In this document: positions 1 to 13,640 of the stretch, piece by piece | Numbering within the stretch: the stretch's first letter is position 1 | Layout: each line of letters begins with the position of its first letter | From: Macrostomum lignano | Lineage: Eukaryota | Direction: 5' to 3' | DNA: 64,000 nucleotides | Assembly (NCBI GenBank): GCA_002269645.1 | Contig: NIVC01000152.1 | Span: forward strand, 558,001-622,000 | Notes under the pieces: generated by a model | The model's input: the letters and a program-made list of their open reading frames with translations, nothing else | Told to the model about the DNA's origin: nothing | Database searches by the model: none | Position numbers and translations under genes: made by a program

Positions 1-924
1 AATAAACCAACTCAGATCTATAGATCTGTCAAGCCTAATATAGACACGCTCGAATAGATATTGGCTAACATTAACTAATAGGCCGAGGGTAAAATCCATA
101 TGCACATGCAGACAGCCTGGCCCAATTAGCTGGTACTTGAGTGAACTACTGGACTCGAATTTGTCAGTAGTCTCGACGCATTTGAGCTTGTATCACTAAA
201 TTTAACTTAACCAAACCCATAAGGCATTGTATGTGTAGCCATAACGCTTGTGTGTGCCCAGGAATATTGTAATGTTACTAATATGGCAAGTAATAAAGCA
301 ATAACAAAAATCGATAGCTACTACAAAATCCACTTCTCTGAGACTCATTCCAATGACTTTTCGACTTTAGCACCAAGTATGATTTTATCAATCATACATT
401 CAGGTGACGGTTCAAGAAGCTTGAACAGTTAGACCTGCACAACCTTGAAGAAGAAGAACACACTGTACGCCACAATCAAATAGCAACACTGCACTTTCAG
501 CCGCCCCCAACCCAAAAGGTTCAAAGACAGTATTGGAGAAAAGTCGATGACACTTTAGCTAAAGGCAAGACAAGAATAATTGGGAGTTGCAATGCAAATA
601 AAGAGAATTTTTCAGACCAAATTAGAAGGTCAAAAACAGAGCAGCACGTCACAAAGGAGTAGCGAATCCTTAGCAGCATATCAACTCTCAGATATAGGGA
701 GTCAATCAATAAGTTGTTAACAGCAGTGCTTAGCTGTTATTCATAATTGCAAGCATAAGAAACTATTGAATATAATATATACTGTATACTGAAAAGTTGT
801 CGGGTGTACTTGAAAAACAATTCAAGCAAAGTGCTCTACTAGTAGTAGTATCCAGTAATAAAATAGTCATTCTGTATAAAAGACAAGATTTACAACTCTT
901 TGATGACAATACTGGACTTACAAT

Positions 925-1560
925 ATCAACCTACCAGTCTATCAATCTACCAGTCTATCAATCTATTAATCAACCTAGCAGTCTATTAGTCTATAAATCT
1001 ATTAGTCTATCAATCTATCAGTCCATCAATCTGTCTATCAGTCTATAAATACATTAGTCTATCAATCTATCTATAGATCTATCAGTCTATCAATCTATCA
1101 ATCGACCAGTCTATCAATCTATTAATCAACCTAGCAGTCTATTAGTCTATAAATCTATTAGTCTATCAATCTATCTATCCATCTATCTATCGATCTATCA
1201 GTCTATCAATCTATCAGTCCATCAATCTGTCTATCAGTCTATAAATACATTAGTCTATCAATCTATCTATAGATCTATCAGTCTATCAATCTATCAATCG
1301 ACCAGTCTATCAATCTATCAATCGACCAGTCTATCAATCTATCAATCGACCAGTCTATCAATCTATCAATCGACCAGTCTATCAATCTATCAATCGACCA
1401 GTCTATCAATCTATCAATCGACCAGTCTATCAATCTATCAATCGACCAGCCTATCAATCTATCAATCGACCAGTCTATGAATCTATCAATCTATCAATCT
1501 ACCAGTCTATCAATCTATCAATCGATCAGTCTATCAATCTAGTAATCTACCATCTACCAT
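925..1560. repeat. TCTA/TCAA-derived low-complexity tandem repeat
   Basis: Repeated ATCAATCT and CAGTCT words with internal block duplications. Confidence 0.9.
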
Positions 1561-1713
1561 TTGATTAAAAAACATTTAAGAAAAAATAGATGTTAGCATA
1601 ATAAACATCTGATAAAGAACTGATCGATCATAGTAGCAACAGTAGCAAAATACGCGCATATAACTACCAATCCAGCATGTACCAGCAAATTCGGGCACAA
1701 ACAATGAGCCTAC

Positions 1714-1832
1714 CTCCAGCAGGGAGAGCAGCGCGCAGTCCTCGAAGACGCCCTGCAGTAGGTCGCGATCCTGTTCGCTGCAATCGGTGAGGCACTGCAT
1801 GTCCTCCAGGCTGTCCAAGATGGTCGACACGG
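1714..1832 (-). CDS. CASK: CASK exon 8, first L27 domain (AVSTILDSLEDMQCLTDCSEQDRDLLQGVFEDCALLSLLE); gene continues beyond the window
   Basis: 119 nt, phase 1 acceptor and GAG|GTAGG donor; matches [30 protein letters not shown]. Confidence 0.92.
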
Positions 1833-2374
1833 CTGATAAAGAGTTAAGAGGATCAAATATTTGCAATTGCTGTAGACACTCACTAATCGGTAGCCTTATA
1901 TAATATCATTTTATTGCGTGCGAATACAAATGAAACTAATTGGCTCAAAAAATGTATGACAGAGTCGACAATAAAGGCAGAGATCATTAATTACAAAGCT
2001 CCTAGATAGGCATAGGCTGTTGAATATTAAAATAACTTAGCTACATTGACTAGCAACACGATATACCTCACTGTCAAAGGAAGGCTAGCCTAAGATTTTT
2101 ACCTCTTGTATAATCTGTTCTTTTTTGGCAAAGGTATACAGCTATGCAGTCATGCTGGCTCTCGCTGAGGCGGAATTAAACAGCAAACAGAGTCTAAAAG
2201 CTAAAGAGATGCACTTCTTTAAGCTGGCTTTTAACTGACCTGCTTCAGGGGATAGAAGCTCCATTAGTTTTATTTTAAGACTAGTACTTTTTCTCACCTT
2301 ACTGAGTCAAGGTCGTTTTAGGGAAGAAATATATAGTATATGCATACATCTGATGCATGAAGCCATTATCCGTT

Positions 2375-3535
2375 TATCCTGACAGCATTCACTATCCTGA
2401 CAGCATTCACTATCCTGACAGCATTCACTATCCTGACAGCATTCACTATCCTGACAGCATTCACTATCCTGATAGCAGTGAGAGCATTTACTATCTTGAC
2501 AGCATTCACTATTCTGACAGCATTCACTATCGTGGCAGTGTTCACTATCGTGGCAGTGTTCACTATCCAGACAGCATTCACTATCCTGACAGCATTCACT
2601 ATTCTGACAGCATTCACTATCCTGATAGCAGTGAGAGCATTTACTATCTTGACAGCATTCACTATTCTGACAGCATTCACTATCGTGGCAGTGTTCACTA
2701 TCGTGGCAGTGTTCACTATCGTGGCAGTGTTCACTATCCAGACAGCATTCACTATCCCGACAGCATTCACTATTCTGACAGCATTCACTATCCTGATAGC
2801 AGTGAGAGCATTTACTATCTTGACAGCATTCACTATTCTGACAGCATTCACTATCCTGATAGCAGTGAGAGCATTTACTATCTTGACAGCATTCACTATT
2901 CTGACAGCATTCACTATCGTGGCAGTGTTCACTATCGTGGCAGTGTTCACTATCGTGGCAGTGTTCACTATCCAGACAGCATTCACTATCCTGACAGCAT
3001 TCACTATTCTGACAGCATTCACTATTCTGACAGCATTCATTATTCTGACAGCATTCACTATTCTGACAGCATTCACTATTCTGACAGCATTCACTATTGT
3101 GGCAGTGTTAACTATTCTGACAGCATTCACTATTCTGACAGCATTCACTATTGTGGCAGTGTTAACTATTCTGACAGCATTCACTATTCTGACAGCATTC
3201 ACTATTGTGGCAGTGTTAACTATCCTGACAGCATTCACTATTCTGACAGCATTCACTATTCTGACAGCATTCATTATTCTGACAGCATTCACTATTCTGA
3301 CAGCATTCACTATTCTGACAGCATTCACTATTGTGGCAGTGTTAACTATTCTGACAGCATTCACTATTCTGACAGCATTCACTATTGTGGCAGTGTTAAC
3401 TATTCTGACAGCATTCACTATTCTGACAGCATTCACTATTGTGGCAGTGTTAACTATTCTGACAGCATTCACTGTTCTGACAGCATTCACTATTGTGGCA
3501 GTGTTAACTATCCTGACAGCATTCACTATCCTGAC
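2375..3535. repeat. 18-bp minisatellite (CTGACAGCATTCACTATY), about 64 units
   Basis: Direct inspection; source of the 354-414 aa periodic ORFs. Confidence 0.95.
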
Positions 3536-3739
3536 TTGTTGAAAAAATTGATACAGTTTTTAGAAGAAACTATAAGGAGAAAGGGTATAGTGGTAACATG
3601 AGTACACGTAAGTTAGTTATATTTAGTTGGCTTGAACACTGCTACAATACCGGTACTATGGCTAGAACAGGAATCGAACCCGGACCCTTCGATATAAGAG
3701 AAAAATATAAACTATGTAAAGATGCAAGGTAGAACTTAC

Positions 3740-3773
3740 CTTTGTAAGAGGGCACCCTCCGATAGGCAATCAT
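3740..3773 (-). CDS. Candidate alternative first exon of CASK (MIAYRRVPSYK)
   Basis: ATG followed by 11 codons and a consensus AAG|GTAAGT donor in phase 1, in frame with the L27 exon. No homology support. Confidence 0.35.
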
Positions 3774-4611
3774 ATTTAAATATTTTATATACTCGCAGTT
3801 ATTAAATTATGTTTACTCAACTAGAACAAAATATATTAGCCATATGGAAGTTATTAAACAGGTAAAAACTGACGATTACAAAGGAACTCTGTAATGGACG
3901 ACTAATTTTATCAAAAATAAATAGTCCATCGCCTATTTCAGTAAAGTTTGCTCCAACACAGTTGATTGGATAGGGTGATGAGACAATCAGCCAATCACCA
4001 GTCTGCTTCTAAATTTTGCATCACAATCTGGAATACACTTTGCAGATGATTTTTAACCATTCGTTGAGGCGTTTTTTGCTTCTTTTGGAGTCCTAATAAA
4101 AAGCTATAATATTTTAACGAATGTTCTGCTGCTCCGCTTTTGACTTGCAACGTGCGCCTATAAGTTCACCTCCTGTTTGGGCCAATCTCAAACGTTTCTT
4201 AGCGCAACAAAAAGTTAAGCCCGTGTTTTCTTTAATTTCGTGTGCCTGCGTTGCTCCGTGATGGCGCAGCGTGCAGAATAACTGTTAGGGGGATCACCCT
4301 TGGTAATTCTGCCGTTAATCTGCACTTAATGACTCAATCTCTCTGTTTACTGTTCTCTCTTACCCTCTTTCGCAATTCTGATAGGCTCTTTAACCTTACC
4401 TCTTTCCTCAGTCGCGCACACCTACCCTCCTTATCTGCACCCAATTCACCTCCCTACTTATCTGAAATCTTCGACTAGAAAAATTTTGCAGATGACGATA
4501 ATATTAACAAAAAAAACAATTGACTACACCTGCTCCAATGTGCAGATGTGCAACCGACAGCTCAGGCTGCTCAGCCGCAGCTATTGCGCGGCCCATCAGA
4601 AGGCTGCGTAC

Positions 4612-4810
4612 GGCTGTTCAGTCCAAGGACTGGGGGGTCGCCACACACCCTCAATTACCCCAGCTAATGCTGGCACCCATTTTACAGCTGGGTGAACTGA
4701 AGCAATGCAGAGTTAAGGTGTCTTGCTCAAGGACACAGATTGTTGCGTGTGGGATCGGGAATCGAATCCCCGACCTTTCAGTCGTGAGTCAGACGCTTTC
4801 AATCCGTTAT
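4612..4810 (-). mobile_element. tRNA-derived CORE-like SINE
   Basis: B-box-like GATTCGATTCC followed by TGTGTCCTTGAGCAAGACACCTTAACT...CAGCTGTAAAATGGG, which resembles the MIR/CORE domain as I recall it. Confidence 0.7.
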
Positions 4811-5449
4811 ATTCATTTTATCCGTATGAGTGTAAATCATCTCGATTGTAAAACCTGTGCTCTACACTATACGATCCCAACACACTTATGAAAAAATCGA
4901 TACTTTGCGAAGTAAACAAACTAGACTAATTTAGAATTCCTTGTGTGTGTTAGGAGTTAACCGCGGCAAGATGGTTAATATGATAACAAGTGCGCACAGT
5001 GCGGGGCTAAGAAGCACAGAGCGGCTCTTTAGTATTGGGGTATGCAGGATTAACGAAACTACTTGGATGTAATCAGAGAGATGGTTAGCACACGGGGCGT
5101 GATGAAAAAGGCATGATCACGGACTCTAGTCGCGCTTCGTTTTAGGAGAAGAGAATATTGAGGCCGTGCACTTCTGCCAGTGTGCACAGAGTAAGATGGA
5201 TATCTGAAATCGCTCAAATGGCATGTGCTAAATTGAGGAATTTGTTCCCACGCCGGCTTACATTCTCTTTGTTGATTCGATTTTGGAGAAACTTCAATAG
5301 AGAAACTTGTCCAAGCATTTTTTAAATCTTCTTTCATAATTCTATAAATATCAACGATTAGGTGTGATTTTCTAGATATTTTTATACTTTAGTTAACTTT
5401 TTATACATTCTTTAGGCAGGGGCTGTGCGCACTCTGGCACATTTTAAAG

Positions 5450-5670
5450 CGACATTGTCACACAACCGGCGAGAGGCATTGCTGCCCATTCCGCCGACTC
5501 CCCTGAGCAGGCACACAAGCGCGCGGATACGTACGCAGTCATACGCACAGGCACACACACTCACACAGGAGTGTACAGCGGCCTTAACTTTATTGATCGT
5601 TAGGCATGTACACTTCACTGTGCCTTGGGGGTTGTCCCTGAAGGGCGTTAGTTGCACAATCAGAGCCAAG
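5450..5670 (-). mobile_element. SINE family A, partial copy
   Basis: Shares GCTCAGG..GCGGAATGGGCAG and CTGTACAC.CTGTGTGAG with copies at 15.7, 21.7, 44.1, 49.9 and 54.3 kb. Confidence 0.7.
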
Positions 5671-7240
5671 CCAAGATTCCAATTTAACCTCAAATTAATG
5701 CGACTACACTTGGAATCGAGCCTGGGCCGCTGGGATCGCCGCGCCAGATCTTCTACCTACTTCTTCAAAACGGGTAATGAAAGTTCGAATTTGGACCATA
5801 GACAGGTCCAATCTGTACAAATCTGTATCCCCATAAACAAGGCTACAACGTTTTTTATGTACGTCTTGTATTTATGTTTCGAAGGATCTGTAACAGATGG
5901 AAATCTTTATTATCTAAATTTTATGCTTGCTGCAATGCTTCCAAAACTTGGTCTTGATTTGGACACAGACACACCCGCAAACTTTTGATTCCCAAATCAA
6001 GTATAGCAATAGCAGTAATTGCTCTGTCCATTGTTTACAACTCATGAAAACTGTTCTTCAAAGTGAATCGGTTTTTTTGGAAATGAAGGACAGCATTATG
6101 CCATCAATACCTCAGCTTGCACATCCCTGAAAAATTTCATTTCAAAATCATGCACAAAACTGCTGCTAGAGATCCTCTTTGATATACGTAAAACCTCGTA
6201 ACCTCATTGGCCCTTGTAACTGTTATTAAATTATCATGTACACAAAAGCTTGTAGTCAAATTAAAGATGCAATTTTTCGCTTTTGAATGACTTCTAACTT
6301 GTTTCAGAATTCCAGACTATGAACACTCTTCACTTCATGAAAAGTGGTCAAAAACAGTCTTCCGGTATGCTTGGAGTTTAATATAGAGGTGATTTTTTCT
6401 TCCATTTGAAGCGCATTTTATAAATCCAAGTGCGTATTTTCTAAGTCGAAGTGCCTTATTTGAGAACTGCACTTAGTGTGTGAATTCATTGCCCAGCAGA
6501 TAGGCAAATATCTTACTTGAGATGTAAAGTATTAGAAAACAGGGCACTAGGACAGACTGAGGGATGGATGGCAGACTTTGATTAACCTCCAGAACTATCA
6601 GCAGCCTAGGACACCAAAATCCGCGGCTAATGCCAGGGGAAATAAATAGAGGCGGAATAAGTCAGTTTCTCTGCCAAATTCTCTGTCACACTCAGAGAGA
6701 CAGACAGAGGAAAGAAAACACAGGAATCAGACTCCAGTCAGGCCACTTATTCTCTCTATCTAGCAGCTCAACTGGAGTTCGCGCGCGCTTATTATGCCAC
6801 GCTGTATTTCCCCTACTGACATACGATCGGCCTCTCAAACAAGCAGTGTGGCAGGACACCACCATATAGTCTACAGTCTGGCAAAGCCGAACTCAATGCC
6901 AACCAACCAAATCTTCACTCTTGCAGAACTGGCCAGAGAACTGAACAAATAAATCACGGCAGCTACTGACACACAACAAATGATACGTGGCACATGGTTA
7001 AAGCCCAGTCTCTAATTAGCATTGACTGATAAAGTATATCAACTGCAGATACTTGTTGACAAAGCTTTGTGGAACTTATGGATTTACAGGAAACAAGTCG
7101 GAGATAATTAGCTTGTATACAAAAGTGAAAATCAGTGAAGTCTAGTGGGTGGCCAAAAGGGATCGGCCACAGGGAGACTTCAGGAGTTTTACGGGAATTA
7201 AGGGATTATAGAATGGATGCTGAAAGGGAAGGATGGTGCG

Positions 7241-7669
7241 ATTGAGATGGTGAGGAGGAATGAGATGGTGAGAAGGGGATTGAGGTGTTGAGAAGGGGAT
7301 TGAGATGCTAAGAAGGGGGAATGAGGGGGAATGAGTACTGAGAAGGGAATTGAGATGATGAGAAGCGGGAATGAGATGGTGAGAAGGTGGATTGAGATGC
7401 TAAAAAGGGAGAATGAGTACTGAGAAGGGAATTGAGATGATGAGAAGGGGGAATGAGATGGTGAGAAGGGGGATTGAGATGGTGAGAAGGTGGATTGAGA
7501 TGGCGAGAAGGGGGATTGAGATGGCGAGAAGGGGTAATGAGATTCCGAGAAGGGGGAATGAGATGGCGAGAAGGGGTAATGAGATTCCGAGAAGGGGGAT
7601 TGAGATGGCGAGAAGGGGGATTGAGATGGTGAGAAGGGGTAATGAGATTCCGAGAAGGGGGAATGAGAT
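7241..7669. repeat. 21-bp G-rich minisatellite (GAGATGGYGAGAAGGGGGAWT)
   Basis: Direct inspection; ends about 18 nt from the CASK exon 7 donor. Confidence 0.9.
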
Positions 7670-7686
7670 CAAGCTTTGCCCCTCAC

Positions 7687-7978
7687 CAGCGGCTGCGACT
7701 TCGTCCTCCAACGGATCCCGTTCCTCGCCTTCGGCGGCCCACTTGGCGCTGGACACCACAGCTAGGATGGCGCCTTTCAGCTTCCGCCTAGAATTGAACC
7801 GCTTCATCTCTTCCACAGACTCGCTCAGGTGCAGCTTGGGCACCCGGCTTCTGTCGGCAATCCACGGATGCCGGAGCGCCTCATCGACTGTCATTCGCCG
7901 TTTTGGGTCAAGGTCGAGCAGCCGGTTGACCAGGTCTTTCGCCTCGGTGGATATGTGGCTCCACACGCGAGGCTTCAT
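7687..7978 (-). CDS. CASK: CASK exon 7 ([10 protein letters not shown]...[19 protein letters not shown]...EVAAA)
   Basis: 292 nt, cAG|ATG and G|GTGAG; end of the kinase domain plus the CaM-binding-like segment. Confidence 0.95.
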
Positions 7979-8145
7979 CTGGGGAGCGGGGGCAGTGTGG
8001 CCCTTATGATTGCATAGCAAGCCCTAAGCTAGTCTAGCAATTTTTGCGCGTACTTACTCACTTCAAAAAGCAGTCAATAATGAATACTCGTATTTACTAA
8101 GAGTAGTATCTGCTGGAGTCCTAGAAAATAAATAAAAACGCTTAC

Positions 8146-8321
8146 CCGACACCGGCCGCTAAGGATCTGCTCAAACAGCAAATTGCCTGTGCCGCAGAAG
8201 GGCAGGGAGCCGCTCAGCAGGGTGAACAGCAGAACGCCGCAGCCCCACGCGTCCACAGGCTTGCCGTACGGCTCGCGACGGACAACCTCCGGGGCCATGA
8301 AGTGCGGCGTGCCGATACGGC
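8146..8321 (-). CDS. CASK: CASK exon 6 ([30 protein letters not shown]...SGRCR)
   Basis: 176 nt, ctcAG acceptor, CGG|GTAAG donor; kinase subdomains VIII-X. Confidence 0.97.
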
Positions 8322-8372
8322 CTGAGGGATTGCAGGTGAGTATGAGGTAGACAACTGTGTATAGGGTGCAGC

Positions 8373-9122
8373 TACCCTCAGGTCCTTCAGCAGTACCGCT
8401 CAGGTTTTCAGCGGTACCCCTCAGGTCCTTCAGCGGCACCCCTCAGGTCCTTCAGCGGTACCCCTCAGGTTCTTCAGTGGTACCCCTCAGGTCCTTCAGC
8501 GGTACCCCTCAGGTTCTTCAGTGGTACCCTTAGGTCCTTCAGCGGTACCCCTCAGATCCTTCAGCGTTACCTTCAGCGGTACCCCTCAGGTCTTTCAGAG
8601 GTACGCCTCAGGTGCTTCAGCGGGGGTCCATGAGAATTGCCCACAGACGAATTCCTGTGGGCAAATCTCGGCGGGCAATTCGTCTGCGGGCATTTCTCGT
8701 GCTCCCGCTTCAGCGGTACCCCACTAAAGTCCTTCATCGGGTACGCCACTCAAGTCCTTCATCGGGTACCCCACTAAAGTCCTTCAGCGGGTACGCCACT
8801 TAAGTCCTTCATCGGGTACGCCACTCAAGTCCTTCATCGGGTACCCCACTAAAGTCCTTCAGCGGGTACGCCACTCAAGTCCTTCATCGGTTACCCCACT
8901 TAAGTCCTTCAGCGGGTACGCCACTCAAGTCCTTCATCGGGTACGCCACTCAAGTCCTTCATCGGGTACCCCACTTAAGTCCTTCAGCGGTTACCCCACT
9001 TAAGTCCTTCAGCGGGAACCCACTTAAGTCCTTCAGCGGTTAGCCCACTCAAGTCTTTCAGCGGGTACGCCACTCAAGTCTTTCAGCGGGTACGCCATTT
9101 AAGTCCTTCAGCCGGTACGCCA
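8373..9122. repeat. Two related arrays: 22-bp (8373-8625) and 25-bp (8705-9122), shared GTCCTTCAGCGG(G)TAC core
   Basis: Direct inspection. Confidence 0.9.
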
Positions 9123-9631
9123 TTCAACTCTCCAATATGCAATATTACAAATCAAATCATATATACTAAAAATGAAATGTCTGTAACTAACTAGCTATGC
9201 GATAGATTTCAGAAAAAGTGGCTCAACCGATTTTCTTCAAACTTGCACCATTTGATCAGAAATTTTCCTGGGACGGTACATGCATCTTGGCTAAGAAATT
9301 GCTCAATTTTAAAGGGATTAAATATTCGAAAAACATGCTTTTTTGCAAAGGTCAAGCAGCTCTTTCGACCTGAAATGAATTGTAAAAATGCGAAAGAAAA
9401 AACTGACTGACTGAATTTCAATTGTGATAAAGATTGCATCACAACAAGATGAAAACAGTGTCGAAAAAATGCACACAAGACTTGATTGTAATTGCGTAAC
9501 CATATTGCTAACTTGAATTGAGACTGATACTGGCTGACTGAGAAATTGATTATGTCATAACTTTTTACTCTAACTGACTTGCTATAAGAATTGAATTATA
9601 AGGGCCACAATACATGTTCTCCAATTGAAAA

Positions 9632-9690
9632 GAGATAGCCAAGATGCGAACAGACTGGACTGCTAATGTAGCGACCTGGGTTCGAATCTT
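9632..9690 (+). pseudogene. tRNA-Ser(GCT)-like remnant or SINE head
   Basis: TGGACTGCTAAT anticodon arm and GGGTTCGAATC T arm; acceptor stem does not close. Confidence 0.4.
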
Positions 9691-9759
9691 AGTAGTGCAA
9701 AAACATTTTTTTATTAAAACACTTTAAAACACAAAATGCTAAACATAAAAGAAGCGCAA

Positions 9760-11365
9760 TGTCAAATATAAAAGAGCCACCATGCCAAACAAAAAAAAAG
9801 TGCCACCATGTAGAACACAGAAGAGACACCATGTCAAACATAAAAGAGCCACCATTTCAAACATAAAAGAGCCACCATGTGAAACATATACGTGACTCAA
9901 TGTCAAACATTAAAGAGCCACCATGTCAAACATTAAAGAGCCACCATGTCGAACATAACAGAGACAACATTTCAAACATAAAAGAGCCATCATGTCAAAC
10001 ATAAAAGAGCCACCATGTCGAACATTAAAGAGCCACTATGTCAAACATAACAGAGACAACATTTTAAACATAAAAGAGCCATCATGTCAAACATTAAAGA
10101 GCCACCATGTCGAACATTAAAGAGCCACCATGTTGAACATTGAAGAGCCACCATGTCAAACATTAAAGAGCCACCAAGTAAAATATAAAAGAGCTACCAT
10201 GTCAAACATAAAAGAGCCACCATGTCGAACATAACAGAGACAACATTTCAAACATTTAAGAGCCACCATGTCAAACATAAAATAGCCACCATGTTGAACA
10301 TTAAAGAGCCACCATGTCAAACATTAAAGAGCCACCATGTCGAGCATAAAAGAGCCACCATGTCGAACATAAAAGAGCCACCATGTCAAACATTAAAGAG
10401 CCACCATGTCAAACATTCAAGAGACACCATGTCGAACATAACAGAGACAACATTTCAAACATTTAAGAGCCACCATGTCAAACATAAAAGATCTACCATG
10501 TCAAACATAAAAGAGCCATCATGTCAAACATAAAAGAGCCACCATGTCGAACATTAAAGAGCCACCATGTTCAACATTAAGGAGCCACCATGTCAAACAT
10601 AAAAGAGCCACCATGTCAAACATTAAAGAGCCACCATGTCAAACATTAAAGAGCCACCATGTCAAACATTCAAGATCAGCCATGTCGAACATAAAAGAGC
10701 CACCATGTAAAATATAAAAGAGCTACCATGTCAAACATAAAAGAGCCATCATGTCAAACATAAAAGAGCCATCATGTGAAACATATACGTGACTCAATGT
10801 CAAACATTAAAGAGCCACCATGTCAAACATATACGTGACTCCATGTCAAACATTAAAGAGCCACCATGTCAAACATATATGACTCCATGTCAAACATATA
10901 TGACTCCATGTCAAACATATATGACTCCATGTCAAACATTAAAAATAAAAAAGACACCATGTCACACATAAGGGAGCCACCATATCAAACATAAAAGAGC
11001 TACCATGTCAAAACATTATTGAGCCATTATGCCCAATATAAAAAGACACAATTTCAAATGTAAAAGGGCCGCCATGTCAAACATAGAAGAGCCACCATGT
11101 CAAACATAGAAGAGCCACCATGTCAAACAACTAAGCCACCATGTCAAACATAACAGAGACACCATTTCAAACGTAAAAGGGCCGCCATGGCAAACATAGA
11201 AGAGCCACCATGTCAAACATTAAAGAGCTACCATGTCAAACACAAAAGGGCCACCACGTCCAACATTAAAGAGCTATCATGTCAAACACAAAAGAGCTAC
11301 CATGTCAAACATTAAAAAGCCACTTTTTTAAACAAAAAAGAGACACCATTTCAAACATAAAAGAA
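9760..11365. repeat. About 23-bp minisatellite (AAAGAGCCACCATGTCAAACATW)
   Basis: Direct inspection; degenerate. Confidence 0.92.
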
Positions 11366-11434
11366 GTGTCATGCCAAACAAAATGAAACCATTATAAAGC
11401 TAAGGAAATTGTTGCACTAGCTACTTGTTCTCTG

Positions 11435-12010
11435 GTGGATGCTTGCTATTTAAGGATGGATACTTGCTATCAGGGGGATGCTTGCTCTTGGGGTGGAGAG
11501 TACTTGCTATCTGAGAGGGGGTTGCTAGATATCTATAAGGTATCTTTGTATCCAGGTTATGCTTGCTATCAGGGGTTGCTTGCTGTCTGGGGGATGCTTG
11601 CTATCTTGGGGGGGGGGGGGATGCTTGCTATCTGGGGGATGCTTGCTATCTGCGGGATGCTTGCTATCTGGGGGATGCTTGCTATCTGCGGGATGCTTGC
11701 TATCTGGGGGACGCTTGCTATCTGGGGTCTGGGGGAATGCTTGCTATCTGGGGATGCTTGCGATCTGGGGGATGCTTGCTATCTGAGGAATGCTTGCTAT
11801 CTGGGGGATGCTTGCTATCTGCGGGATGCTTGCTATCTGGGGGATGCTTGCTATCTGGGGTCTGGGGGAATGCTTGCTATCGGGGGGATGCTTGCAGTCT
11901 GGGGATGCTTGCTATCTGGGGATGCTTGCTATCTGGGGGATGCTTGCAGTCTGGGGGATGCTTGCTATTTGGGGATCAATGCTTGAATGTTGTCTGAGGA
12001 TGCTTGCTGT
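11435..12010. repeat. 17-18-bp minisatellite (GGGGGATGCTTGCTATCT)
   Basis: Direct inspection. Confidence 0.92.
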
Positions 12011-13413
12011 CTTGGGATGTTTTGTTTTTAAGAGGGAATGTCTGTTGTTTTTTCTGAAGGCTTTATTTCGCTGTCTATTTGTTATTTGTAAAAAACAAGG
12101 ATTCTATCCAGATGTCCCCCATCGGGGGGCAAAGATTGCTAGTTTGAGCCTAAAAACCTAAAGCAAGCAGAAAAAATTGCCAAATCCTACTTAAAATAGT
12201 TGGTAAAGCGCATTTTACTGCGAATCTAATTTGGATTGTAAATAAAAAGTTAGGCCGAGTTCTATAATAACACAATAGCACAATTGCTTATCTGTCTGCT
12301 GGCCACTTATCAGTTCTCATACAAGTACAAAAATGACAAAATACACCCACTGGCCAGACACAAATAACGGACACAATTTCTAAGGGCGGAATCTGTCAGC
12401 CAACGGTGATATTTGCTGATAGGCAGAAGGCGCATCTGCTTACCCATTTGGTCGGGTCTTAGGCTTATAGAGATCTCTTGGTCTACATTAATTGGCGTGC
12501 CTGTAGTAAGTAAAGCAGTACATATGCATAATAGCTATGTACATATAAACGAGCTAAATAGTAACATTACAATAACATTATTATCAGGCGGCACAATTAC
12601 CCCCTTTGGAGAGAAATCTCTCGTTGCTTATCTGCGCTCTCACGGCAACACGACTTTGCTTCTTCTAGAACGTCTGACAGTAGTTTTTATCTGCGAGTTC
12701 CTAGACAAGATCTTAGGCAATATAAATTCTCTCCGACCTCACTTGCTTACTAACCGCGGCTGAATCTGCTTAACTATCCAATATCTGTGAAATGCGCTAG
12801 AAATTATTGAAGTTTTTGTATTTTTATACAAAGATCATTTGAAAGCCAAGAACTTAGCTGCAGGCTGCATTATCTGGCAGGGTAAACATACTACTAGAAC
12901 ATATACTACTGCATATTTTCGATTCCCATCCGAAAATAGGCCTGCGATAAAACACCAGATTTGATGCAATGCGTTTCGTCAAAAAAATAGAAAAATCTGT
13001 TTATGATTACTCTATGGTCAAAACCCTGCCCACAGACATAGACATAGACAGAAAACGACAGATCTTTACTGCATGGCAGTCGATGCTTGAGCATGATTTC
13101 AATGAGCTAAAAAAATCAACAACAGTTTTGAAAACAATGTAAACTTTAAATTACAATAGGCAAACTACAGAAAACAAAAATAACAAACTGCATATGTACT
13201 TCTGTCTATAATAGAGGTTGCTGCTGGCATCCTTCTTTGTGCTGATGTCTATGGCCAAAATTATCAACTCTTCTACGGGCGACCTCTCTTCTACAGTTCG
13301 ACCATAGACAAAATAACTCGTCTATGGGTGGGTGAAGGGTAATGCGTTGCTCAGCTGCGGCAGGCGATAGCGGACGCCTGGCAAATACTTCCGCGGGATT
13401 ACCTTTGGCGTCT

Positions 13414-13640
13414 TAGTCTGGGCAGTGTCTGTCCAAGGAGTTTTAAAATTAGCAATCTGGAGCGGAACGAGGTTTTATCTCATGAGGCCACGGAAATTGT
13501 TAAGGATAAGGAGCCAGCACTGAATGTCTATGACTCTGTCTGACTTTGTCTATATGCTAGTCTGGCCTCATGAGGTGAAAGTGAAAAACTCGTTTCTAAT
13601 CCAGATAGCTAATTATAGAACTCCTTGGTCTGCCCTACTA
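13414..13640. mobile_element. Degenerate MITE-like inverted repeat
   Basis: Left CCAAGGAGTTTTAAAATTAGCAATCTGGA...CTCATGAGGCCA versus reverse-complemented right CCAAGGAGTTCTATAATTAGCTATCTGGA...CTCATGAGGCCA. Confidence 0.65.

Noticed and set aside
2357-3601. 414-aa SIHYPD repeat protein and overlapping ORFs as real genes
   Set aside because: Translation of an 18-bp minisatellite; no unique domain; kept only as a low-interest note.
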